Shown here: positions 29,492 through 37,078 of the stretch, piece by piece
How the letters are laid out: each line of letters starts with the position of its first letter
Position numbering within the stretch: the stretch's first letter is position 1
Assembly (NCBI GenBank): GCA_947507735.1
Contig: CANNRA010000001.1
Location: 1 to 38,656, forward strand
DNA: 38,656 nucleotides
Origin: Actinomycetota bacterium
Lineage (GTDB): Bacteria; Actinomycetota; Thermoleophilia; Gaiellales; Gaiellaceae
Direction: 5' to 3'
The notes under the pieces: model-generated
The model's database searches: none
The model's input: the letters and a program-made list of their open reading frames with translations, nothing else
What the model was told of the DNA's origin: nothing
Position numbers and translations under genes: made by a program

Positions 29492-30897
29492 GCGAGACCG
29501 GCGCTGCGAGCGGCTTCGGCAGCGGCGCGTGCGCGCTCACCGCGCGGCACGACCCGGCCATGCCCTGCGGTCGCCACGATCTCGCCGTCGCGCATCACCG
29601 TCGTGCCGCGCACCATCGTCAGCACCGGCCAGCCGCGGAACTCCCTGCCGTCGTAGACGGAGTAGCCCGCGTTCGACTCGAAGCGTGTCGAGTCCACCGT
29701 GCGCACCTCGTCCAGGTCGACCAGCGCGAGGTCGGCGTCGTAGCCCGCTGCGATCTCGCCCTTGCGGCCGCCGAGCCCGAAGATGCGGGCCGGGTTCGTG
29801 CTCGTCACGGCGGCCACCGTCTCGAGCGGAAGGCCGCGCTTGAAGTGGCCCTCCGAGAGCAGGGCGGGGAGGATGGTCGAGTTGCCGGGGAAGCCGGCCG
29901 ACGCCGTCCAGATCGAGCCGAGCTTGCGGGCCTTCTCGCGGGCGATGTGGTCGGAGCCGATCGAGACGATCTCGCCGGCGGCGATCGCGCCCCACAGCGC
30001 CTCGGCGTCCTCGCGCGTGCGCACGGGCGGGTTGACCTTGGCGAGCGAGCCGATCTCGGCGTCCTTGTCGAGCAGCAGGTAGTGCGGGCACGTCTCGACG
30101 TAGACGCCCGCGAGGTCGGCGCCGAAGCGGCGGTAGACGTCGAGACCGCAGGCGGCGCTCAGGTGTGGGATGTAGAGCCGGCAGCCCGTCTGCTGCGCGA
30201 AGAGAAACGCGGTGAACATGTCGTGCGCCTCGACGAAGTCGGGGCGGGAGTCCGTCCAGGCGGACAGCTCGTCGCGGCCGCTCGCCTTGATCTCGGCGGC
30301 GAGGCGCCAGACGACCTCGATGTTCTCGGGGTGGACGGCCAGCACGGCCTCGGGGTGCCGGGCCACGGCGCGGCAGAGGGCGTAGAAGAAGCCGGAGTCG
30401 GTGCCCTCGACGCCGAGGTACTTGCCCTCGTTGCCCTTGAAGTTGGAGAAGTACTTGAACGAGAGCAGGTCGTGCTCGGCGACGCAGGCGTCGACCTCGG
30501 CCAGGTGCAGCTCGTTCATCAGGATGCAGTGGATCGCGAAGTCGACGATCGAGTCGCGCTCGGCGCGTGCCTGCTCGGCCGGCGCGGCAACGGTGTAGCT
30601 CTCGGTCGACTGGATGTAGTTGATGACCGTCGTGACGCCGCCGTGCGCTGCGGCCCGGCTCTCGCTGCGCCAGTCGTCGGCCGAGCCAAGCCCGAAGTGG
30701 GCGTGCGGGTCGACGACGCCGGGGAAGGCGACGAGTCCGCGGGCGTCGATCGTCTCGGCGGCAGCGCCTGCGCGACCGCCTTCACCAGGTGCTAGCACTG
30801 CAGCGATGCGACCGTCCGCGATCGCGATGTCGCACTCGACGACTCCGCGCTCGGGCAGCACGGCGCGGCCGCCAATCACGAGCGTGTCCCAGCTCAT
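29488..30897 (-). CDS. cyclic amidohydrolase (dihydropyrimidinase/D-hydantoinase/allantoinase family)
   Basis: LVIGG..V...G....DI.I.DG.I, PGVVDPHAHF metal-binding HxH, SFKYF (carbamylated-Lys context), GSDH, and a C-terminal GYDADL motif. The start overlaps the upstream stop (ATGA). Confidence 0.88.
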   Translation of the reverse strand: MSWDTLVIGGRAVLPERGVVECDIAIADGRIAAVLAPGEGGRAGAAAETIDARGLVAFPGVVDPHAHFGLGSADDWRSESRAAAHGGVTTVINYIQSTESYTVAAPAEQARAERDSIVDFAIHCILMNELHLAEVDACVAEHDLLSFKYFSNFKGNEGKYLGVEGTDSGFFYALCRAVARHPEAVLAVHPENIEVVWRLAAEIKASGRDELSAWTDSRPDFVEAHDMFTAFLFAQQTGCRLYIPHLSAACGLDVYRRFGADLAGVYVETCPHYLLLDKDAEIGSLAKVNPPVRTREDAEALWGAIAAGEIVSIGSDHIAREKARKLGSIWTASAGFPGNSTILPALLSEGHFKRGLPLETVAAVTSTNPARIFGLGGRKGEIAAGYDADLALVDLDEVRTVDSTRFESNAGYSVYDGREFRGWPVLTMVRGTTVMRDGEIVATAGHGRVVPRGERARAAAEAARSAGLA

Positions 30898-31592
30898 CGT
30901 GTCGCCTCGCGCGGCGGCAGTGCGCCGAGATACGCCACGGCGGCGTCGAGTGCTATCACGTCACCGTACTTGGCCTGCAGGTCGAAGAGGTTCACAGCGT
31001 GTGCTATCTCCGAGCGGTCGTACACGCAGTCCTCGATCACCGCGACGCGGAAGTTGTAGGCGAACGCGTCCATCGCGCTCGCGCGCACGCAGCCGCTCGT
31101 CGTGCAGCCGGTGACGAGCAGCGAGTCGACGCCCATGTCGATCAGATAGCTCGTCAGCGCCGTGCCGAAGAAGGCGCTCGGGTGGCGCTTGGGGATCAGC
31201 AGGTCGCCAGGCAGCGGTGCCGTCTCGGCCACGAACTCGTAGCCGCGCTCGGGGACATCCATCAGCGACGGGATCTTCTCGCCGGTACGGCCGCCGTCGA
31301 TCTTCGCCTTCGGCGCCACGTAGGGGTAGATGACGGGCGCCCCGGCAGCGCGCGCCGCCGCGATCAGCCGCTCGATGCCGGCCACCGCGTCCCAGCCGGC
31401 CTGGCCGCAGCTCGTGCGGTACCAGCGCTCGATCGACTCCAGCAGCGGCAGCGGCTCGTCGCCGACGGTGCGGTACTGCACGTCGATCACGAGCAGGGCC
31501 GGGCGGCTGCCAAGGCCGGTCGGCCGGGCGAACCCGGCTGCCTCGTAGGCCTGCCAGTCGGCCGCGGGAATCAGTGAGCGCCAGTCGGACAT
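30894..31592 (-). CDS. isochorismatase-fold hydrolase (N-carbamoylsarcosine-amidase / cysteine-amidase-like)
   Basis: PALLVIDVQ (Asp), IPKRHPSAFFGT (Lys), LLVTGCTTSGCVRASA (Cys nucleophile). ATG 31592 gives 232 aa. The ORF-track extension to 31895 is an Arg-rich artefact. Confidence 0.85.
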   Translation of the reverse strand: MSDWRSLIPAADWQAYEAAGFARPTGLGSRPALLVIDVQYRTVGDEPLPLLESIERWYRTSCGQAGWDAVAGIERLIAAARAAGAPVIYPYVAPKAKIDGGRTGEKIPSLMDVPERGYEFVAETAPLPGDLLIPKRHPSAFFGTALTSYLIDMGVDSLLVTGCTTSGCVRASAMDAFAYNFRVAVIEDCVYDRSEIAHAVNLFDLQAKYGDVIALDAAVAYLGALPPREATR

Positions 31593-31599
31593 GGGCCAG

Positions 31600-31605
31600 A
31601 GCGTA
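31600..31605 (-). promoter_or_regulatory. -10-like hexamer TACGCT, 7 nt upstream of ATG 31592 (leaderless-type)
   Basis: Minus strand reads TACGCT-CTGGCCC-ATG. Confidence 0.35.
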
Positions 31606-31651
31606 GTCCGGCGGTGGCGCGCCCGGAAGGGGAGCCGCCGCAGCGCCGCCG

Positions 31652-32155
31652 TCAGTGCAGGACGAGGACCTCGAGCCCGACGACCGCCAGGGCCAGCCCG
31701 GAGGTCGTCGCGGCCGAGAGGGCGATCTGCCACCAGCGGTCGTAGGCGCGCGCACCCACCGCGAGTCCCCAGCCGAGGCACTGGAGGACGCACACCGCGA
31801 GCGCGATCGTCGAGGCCGTTCGCTCGGACGCGCCACCGGCGGCTCCGACGATTAGCGGCACGAGCGGTCCGAAGGTGGCCTCGACGAGCGGCCACTCCGA
31901 GAGGGCGATCTCCCAGGCATGCCGCCAGCTGAAGCGCGTGCCCAGGTAGATGCGCTCGCCGGTGATCTCCGACCAGGTGTGAGCGAGGAAGAACACGGCC
32001 ATCGAGCTGACGAGCGAGAGCGCGACCTTGCCCGGGGAGGCGTGCTCCTCGTGCAGGGCGCCGACGAGCGCCGTCGCGATGATCGACCCGTAGACGCCCG
32101 CCGAGAAGGAGTCGCCCGTTGCTTCCTTGCGGATGATGTTTCTACCAAGCAGCAT
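31652..32155 (-). CDS. integral membrane protein, hypothetical (about 4 TM)
   Basis: 167 aa with four hydrophobic segments. SD AGGAG 5 nt upstream of the ATG. No family recognised. Confidence 0.6.
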   Translation of the reverse strand: MLLGRNIIRKEATGDSFSAGVYGSIIATALVGALHEEHASPGKVALSLVSSMAVFFLAHTWSEITGERIYLGTRFSWRHAWEIALSEWPLVEATFGPLVPLIVGAAGGASERTASTIALAVCVLQCLGWGLAVGARAYDRWWQIALSAATTSGLALAVVGLEVLVLH

Positions 32156-32358
32156 GGGTGCTCCTAGCTCCGGTCGCGCCAGCGCAGCGCGACGCAGCCG
32201 GTCGGCCCTGCCGTCGTCGCCAGCTCGCCCTCGAGCACGTAGACGGAGGGCGGGGGGTGGCGACGCTGCGGATGGCGGTCATCGCACGAGGATACGCAGG
32301 GTTGCGTGGCCAAACGCCTGCCTGTTCGGCCCGAGCGGGCGCCAGCGCGCTCATACGG

Positions 32359-33300
32359 CTAGGCCGTCGCCTCGAACTCGTCCACGCAGCCAACTTTCAG
32401 CTCGCGCAGGAACGGCAGCAGGCGGCCCTCGCGTGCGAGCGGGACGACCACGAACTTGGTGCAGCCGCCGTCACGGAACTGCTGCAGCAGCGGCCGTAGC
32501 GCAGCGACGCCGACGGCGATGTGATCCTCGTCGCGCAACGAGTCGGTGATCGCTGCGCCGAGCGCCTTGAACTGCGGGATGTCGTCGGGCGTGTCGGCGG
32601 CGAAGATGAAGGTGCCGTAGTGGTCATCGTCGATCGTGCGCTCGGCAGCCGTGGCAGCAGCGCGGATGGCGGTGACCCCGGCCGCGAAGCCCGCCGGCGA
32701 GATGAACGACGCGAGCCAGCCGTCGCCGCAGCGCCCGACCCTTCGCAGGGCAGGCGCGCTCGCTCCGCCCAGCCAGATTTCGAGCTTGCGCCGCAGCGGT
32801 CGGGGCGTCAGCTGCATCCCCGCCAGCGTCAGGAAGCGGCCCTGGAAGTGCACCGGCTCGCCCGGCCACAGCAGGCGCAGCACCTCCATCGTCTCCTCCA
32901 TCCGCGCGGCGCGCTCCTCACGCGGGATGCCGAGCGCGGCGAGCTCCGCCGGGATGTCGAGCCCGAGTCCGAACGCGCGCAGGAAACGGCCGCCCGAGAG
33001 CGCATCGAGGGTGGCGAACTCCTTCGCGAGCAGCGCCGCCTGCCGCGGCGGGGCAACCAGCACGCTCGTGCCGAGCTTCAGGTGCTCCGTGCGTGCGGCG
33101 ACGGCGGCGAGCACCGGCAGCGGCGCCGGGCCAGGCCGGGTCGCCGTGTCGGAGAGCCACAGCGAGTCGTAGCGCAGCTCCTCCATCAGCTCGACGGCCT
33201 GCCAGAAGCGGGGTCCCGGCACGGCGTCCCGGTCGAAGGGGTTCCAGGCCAGGCCGACCTTGACGGTCAGGCGGGTGGGGGGTGTCGAGACGGCGCTCAT
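32359..33300 (-). CDS. LLM-class (luciferase-like) F420-dependent oxidoreductase
   Basis: YDSLWLSD, LKLGTSVLV, LDALSGGRFLRAFGLG, IWLGG...GDGW pattern. ATG 33300 gives 313 aa. Confidence 0.85.
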   Translation of the reverse strand: MSAVSTPPTRLTVKVGLAWNPFDRDAVPGPRFWQAVELMEELRYDSLWLSDTATRPGPAPLPVLAAVAARTEHLKLGTSVLVAPPRQAALLAKEFATLDALSGGRFLRAFGLGLDIPAELAALGIPREERAARMEETMEVLRLLWPGEPVHFQGRFLTLAGMQLTPRPLRRKLEIWLGGASAPALRRVGRCGDGWLASFISPAGFAAGVTAIRAAATAAERTIDDDHYGTFIFAADTPDDIPQFKALGAAITDSLRDEDHIAVGVAALRPLLQQFRDGGCTKFVVVPLAREGRLLPFLRELKVGCVDEFEATA

Positions 33301-33419
33301 CGGGTGGAGAACTGTCGCACACGGCCGCCACCTTGCCGCCAGCCGACAGAGCGCGCGCTCGGATGTGTAGCCTCTGCAACGATTCCATCCGTGGGGGATG
33401 GCGAGTGAAGGGGACGACG

Positions 33420-34862
33420 ATGCCGGGAACGAACGACGCACGCCGCTGGCTGGTGCTCGCCATTGTCGGCGCGGCCTTCTTCATGACCATCCTCGACGTT
33501 GCGATCGTCAACGTGGCGCTGCCCTCGATGGGCCGCAGCCTCAACGCGTCCGACTCGAGCCTGCAGTGGGTGCTCACCGCCTACTCGCTGACGTTCGGCG
33601 GCCTCCTGCTGCTGGGCGGCCGCGCCGCCGACCTGCTCGGCCGCCGCAAGGTCTTCCTCGTCGGTCTCGTCCTCTTCACGGCCGCTTCGCTCGTCTGCGG
33701 GCTCTCCGACAACCTCGGCCTGCTGGTCGGGGCGCGCGCCGTGCAGGGGCTTGGCGCAGCGATCATCTCGCCGGCGGCCCTCTCGATCGTCACCACCGTC
33801 TTTGCCGAGGGCAAGGATCGCAACAAGGCGCTCGGCATCTGGGGTGCGCTCGGCGGCTCCGGCGCCGCGGTCGGCGTGCTGCTCGGCGGGATCATCACCA
33901 AGTGGCTCGGCTGGGAGTGGATCTTCTTCGTCAACGTGCCGGTCGGCGCCCTCGTGCTCTTCGCCTGCCTCGGCTTCGTGCGCGAGAGCAAGCTGGAGAA
34001 CCGCGAGCGCGCCTTCGACCCGCTCGGCGCCCTCACCTCCACCGGCAGCCTCGTCTCGCTCGTCTACGCCATCGCCAAGGCGCCGGATGTGGGCTGGAGC
34101 GACGTCCAGACGATCGCCCTGCTGCTAGTCGCCGTCTTCCTGGGTGCCGCGTTCCTCTTCATCGAGAACCGGGTGAAGGAGCCGATCATGCCGCTCTCGA
34201 TCCTCAAGGTGCGCACCGTCGCCGCGGCCAACGTCGTCAGCCTGCTGCTCGGCGCCAGCGTCTTCTCGACCTTCTTCATCCTCACGCTCTACGTGCAGCA
34301 GGTGCTCGGCTGGTCGGCCCTCAAGACGGGCATCACGTTCCTCGCGACCGCCGGCACCGTCGTGCTCTGGTCGGGCCTCTCGCAGGCGATCGTCACCCGG
34401 ATCGGGCCGCGCAAGCCGATGGCCGTCGGCCTTGCGCTGATGGGCATCGGCACCGTGCTCTACACGCAGGTGCCGGTGCACGGCCACTTTGCCGGCGACC
34501 TGCTGCCCGGCTATCTGGTGTACGCCGCCGGCATGGCGTTCTCGTTCATCCCGGTGTCGATCGCAGCGCTCTCCGGGGTCAAGGAGGAGGAGGCTGGTCT
34601 CGCCTCGGGCCTGTTCAACACGAACCAGCAGATCGGCGGTGCCCTCGGCGTCGCGATCGCAGCCAGCGTTGCCACGAGCCGGCTCAAGTCGCTGCAGGCC
34701 GACGGCAAGTCCCTCGCCGAGGCTGCCACGGGCGGCTACCACTACGCCTTCTGGGTGCTGGCCGGCTTCTCGTTCGCCGGCGGCCTGGTCGCCCTGCTTG
34801 CCGTGCGCGACTCGGAGCCAGGCGCCGCGACGGATGCCAAGTCCGCCGCCGCAACCCTCTAG
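33420..34862 (+). CDS. MFS transporter, DHA2 (EmrB/QacA, 14-TM) family
   Basis: FMTILDVAIVNVALPSM, LQWVLTAYSLTFGGLLLLGGRAADLLGRRKVF, about 14 TM helices. SD GAAGGGGA upstream of ATG 33420. Confidence 0.9.
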   Translation: MPGTNDARRWLVLAIVGAAFFMTILDVAIVNVALPSMGRSLNASDSSLQWVLTAYSLTFGGLLLLGGRAADLLGRRKVFLVGLVLFTAASLVCGLSDNLGLLVGARAVQGLGAAIISPAALSIVTTVFAEGKDRNKALGIWGALGGSGAAVGVLLGGIITKWLGWEWIFFVNVPVGALVLFACLGFVRESKLENRERAFDPLGALTSTGSLVSLVYAIAKAPDVGWSDVQTIALLLVAVFLGAAFLFIENRVKEPIMPLSILKVRTVAAANVVSLLLGASVFSTFFILTLYVQQVLGWSALKTGITFLATAGTVVLWSGLSQAIVTRIGPRKPMAVGLALMGIGTVLYTQVPVHGHFAGDLLPGYLVYAAGMAFSFIPVSIAALSGVKEEEAGLASGLFNTNQQIGGALGVAIAASVATSRLKSLQADGKSLAEAATGGYHYAFWVLAGFSFAGGLVALLAVRDSEPGAATDAKSAAATL

Positions 34863-34922
34863 TAGGATCGAGGGGCCGGCCTGCTCGCCGGCGCTACCGA
34901 GCGAACGAACCGAGGAGGAGCC

Positions 34923-35225
34923 GTGAGCAGCTACGAGATCTACCACGCGATCAAGGCCTGCTGCCCGTGCGGCTACTCAACGGAGCTTGTGCGCTGCGGC
35001 TGCGCCGTCTCGAACACCACGGCCTTCGACGAGGTGAAGAAGATCGAGCACGACGCGCTCGCCCAGGCGCGCGCGCTCGCGCAGCCGCATCTCGACCAGA
35101 CCGGGCACAAGCTGCCCGTGCTCGAGCATCGCTTCGTGCTGGCGCGCGGCGGCGAGACGCAGGACTTCCGGGCCTACACGGACGCGACCGCCGCGGCCGA
35201 GCAGCCCGCCGGCGCAGCGGCCTAG
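34923..35225 (+). CDS. hypothetical small Cys-rich protein (CCPCG-x7-CGC cluster)
   Basis: 100 aa. GTG start preceded by a strong SD GAGGAGGAG. Five Cys lie within 14 residues near the N-terminus. Ala-rich tail. Confidence 0.55.
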   Translation: MSSYEIYHAIKACCPCGYSTELVRCGCAVSNTTAFDEVKKIEHDALAQARALAQPHLDQTGHKLPVLEHRFVLARGGETQDFRAYTDATAAAEQPAGAAA

Positions 35226-35250
35226 CCAGGCCCCGGGGCTGCAGCGTCCC

Positions 35251-35943
35251 GTGTCGTTCTTCGCTTTCGATCTCGAAACCACCGAGCTTGCGCTCGACCG
35301 CGCGAGCGGCGAGCTGCCGCCGATCTCCTGCGCGGCGATCGCGCTGGCCGGCGGCGTCGCCGAGGCGTTCTTCCTGCCCGCGGCAGAGCCGGAGTTCTAC
35401 GACGCCGCCGGGCTGATGACGCAGCAGGGCGCCCAGCATGTGGTCGAGCGGCTGGAGTCGCTCGTCGCCGGCGGTGACCGCCTCGTCACCTGGAACGGCG
35501 CCGGCTTCGACCTGCCGGTGCTCGCCCGGGCCAGCGGCCTGCATGAGGCGTGCGCGCGCCTGGCGCTCTCGAGCGTGGACATGATGTTCCAGGTGCTCGC
35601 AACGAAGGGCTGGCCGATCAAGCTGGCCGTTGCCCTGGAAGGCATGGGCCTCGCCGGGAAGACCGGCGACGGCCTGGAAGCGGTCACCCTCTGGCGTGAG
35701 GGTCGCCACCAGGAGGTGCTCGACTACTGCGCCGCCGATGCCGCGCGCACGCTCGATCTCGCCGTTGCCGCCGAGGGCGGCACGTTGCGCTGGCGCAGCA
35801 GCAAGGGCGCCCCGCAGAGCCTCTCGCTGGCGGGTGGCTGGCTCACCGTCGAGCAGTGTCTCGCCCTGCCGGAGCCCGACACGAGCTGGATGGATCAGCC
35901 GCTGCGCCGCTCCGACCTGGTGGGCTGGTGCGCGCCCCGCTGA
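35251..35943 (+). CDS. DEDD-type 3'-5' exonuclease (RNase H-like fold, PolB-exonuclease-domain-like)
   Basis: ExoI FAFDLET at the very N-terminus, ExoII WNGAGFDLPVL, ExoIII DYCAADAARTLDL. GTG start 25 nt after the Cys-rich ORF. Confidence 0.7.
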   Translation: MSFFAFDLETTELALDRASGELPPISCAAIALAGGVAEAFFLPAAEPEFYDAAGLMTQQGAQHVVERLESLVAGGDRLVTWNGAGFDLPVLARASGLHEACARLALSSVDMMFQVLATKGWPIKLAVALEGMGLAGKTGDGLEAVTLWREGRHQEVLDYCAADAARTLDLAVAAEGGTLRWRSSKGAPQSLSLAGGWLTVEQCLALPEPDTSWMDQPLRRSDLVGWCAPR

Positions 35944-35969
35944 CGGCGCGCATCTGCGACCCTAGGGCC

Positions 35970-36980
35970 ATGACCGAGCTTCCCAGCGCGTACCGCGCCT
36001 TCGTCGTCGAGCACGAGGCGGGCCTCGCTCCCGCCGTCCGCACGCTCTCCAGCGCCGACCTCGCCGGTGACGGCGTGCTCGTGCGCGTCGCGTGGTCGAG
36101 CCTCAACTTCAAGGACGGCCTCGCCTCGCAGGCCGACGGCAAGGTGGCGAGGAAGTCGCCGATGACGCTCGGCATCGACCTGGCCGGCACCGTGCTCGAG
36201 TCGGACGACCCGCGCTTCACGCCGGGCCAGCAGGTGCTCGCGCACGGCTATGACATCGGTGTCGCTCATAACGGCGGCCTCGCCGAGCTGGCGCGCATCC
36301 CGGCCGACTGGATCGTGCCGCTGGGCGGCGCGGACGGCCCCGCCCTCAGCCCGCGCGAGGCGATGATCCTCGGCACGGCTGGCATGACGGCCGGCCTGTC
36401 GGTGCACGCGCTCGAGCGCCACGGCATCACGCCGGCCGCCGGCCCGGTGCTCGTCACGGGCGCCACGGGCGGCGTCGGCTCGGCCGCCGTCGCGATCCTC
36501 GCCAGGCGCGGCTTCGAGGTGCATGCGGCGACCGGCAAGCCCGACGCCGCCGACTGGCTGCGCTCGCTGGGCGCGACGGAGATCGTCGGCCGTGCCGACA
36601 TCGAGGCGCACGCCGAGAAGCCGCTGTCCAAGCAGGTCTGGGCTGCTGCCGTCGACTCGGTGGGTGGCACGACCCTGGCCGGCGCACTCGCCGCCACGAA
36701 GTACCTCGGCGCCGTTGCGGCCTCGGGCCTCACCGGCGGCACCAGCCTCAAGACGACGGTGCTGCCCTTCATCCTGCGCGGCGTCTCGCTGCTCGGCATC
36801 GACTCGGTGCTCTGCCCGATGGCGACCCGTGCGGCGGTCTGGACGCTGCTCGGCGGCGCGTACCGCCCGGCTGACCTCGACGCGCTCGTCGGCGCCGAGC
36901 TCTCGCTGGACGAGGTGCAGGGCGGGCTCGACACGATCCTCGCCGGCGGCGCCCGCGGCCGCTTCCTCGTGCGCCTCTAG
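35970..36980 (+). CDS. MDR-superfamily NADPH:quinone/acrylyl-CoA reductase (YhdH/AcuI family)
   Basis: VRVAWSSLNFKDGLA, GIDLAGTV, VLVTGATGGVGSAAV and a C-terminal GRFLVRL, typical of YhdH/AcuI. ATG 35970 gives 336 aa. Confidence 0.85.
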   Translation: MTELPSAYRAFVVEHEAGLAPAVRTLSSADLAGDGVLVRVAWSSLNFKDGLASQADGKVARKSPMTLGIDLAGTVLESDDPRFTPGQQVLAHGYDIGVAHNGGLAELARIPADWIVPLGGADGPALSPREAMILGTAGMTAGLSVHALERHGITPAAGPVLVTGATGGVGSAAVAILARRGFEVHAATGKPDAADWLRSLGATEIVGRADIEAHAEKPLSKQVWAAAVDSVGGTTLAGALAATKYLGAVAASGLTGGTSLKTTVLPFILRGVSLLGIDSVLCPMATRAAVWTLLGGAYRPADLDALVGAELSLDEVQGGLDTILAGGARGRFLVRL

Positions 36981-37078
36981 GCGCCGCAGCCCCGCAGGGC
37001 GGCGGCAGCTCGCCGATCCGACTGGAACTCGCGCCACCGCTGCGAGAGAATCGCTTCACCCGACTCGAGGAGACGTGC

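Noticed and set aside
32156-32358. 203-nt gene-free gap containing a short minus-strand reading frame ending ...VYVLEGELATTAGPTGCVALRWRDRS*, which faintly resembles a cupin C-terminus
   Set aside because: There is no plausible start codon or SD, and the upstream in-frame sequence is not protein-like. At best it is a decayed gene remnant, and I cannot support it as a feature.
33398-35416. 672-aa plus-strand ORF running through the DHA2 MFS gene, the Cys-rich ORF and the exonuclease start in another frame
   Set aside because: Extremely Arg/Pro/Gly-rich with no TM pattern. The alternative frames give a 14-TM transporter and well-formed downstream genes.
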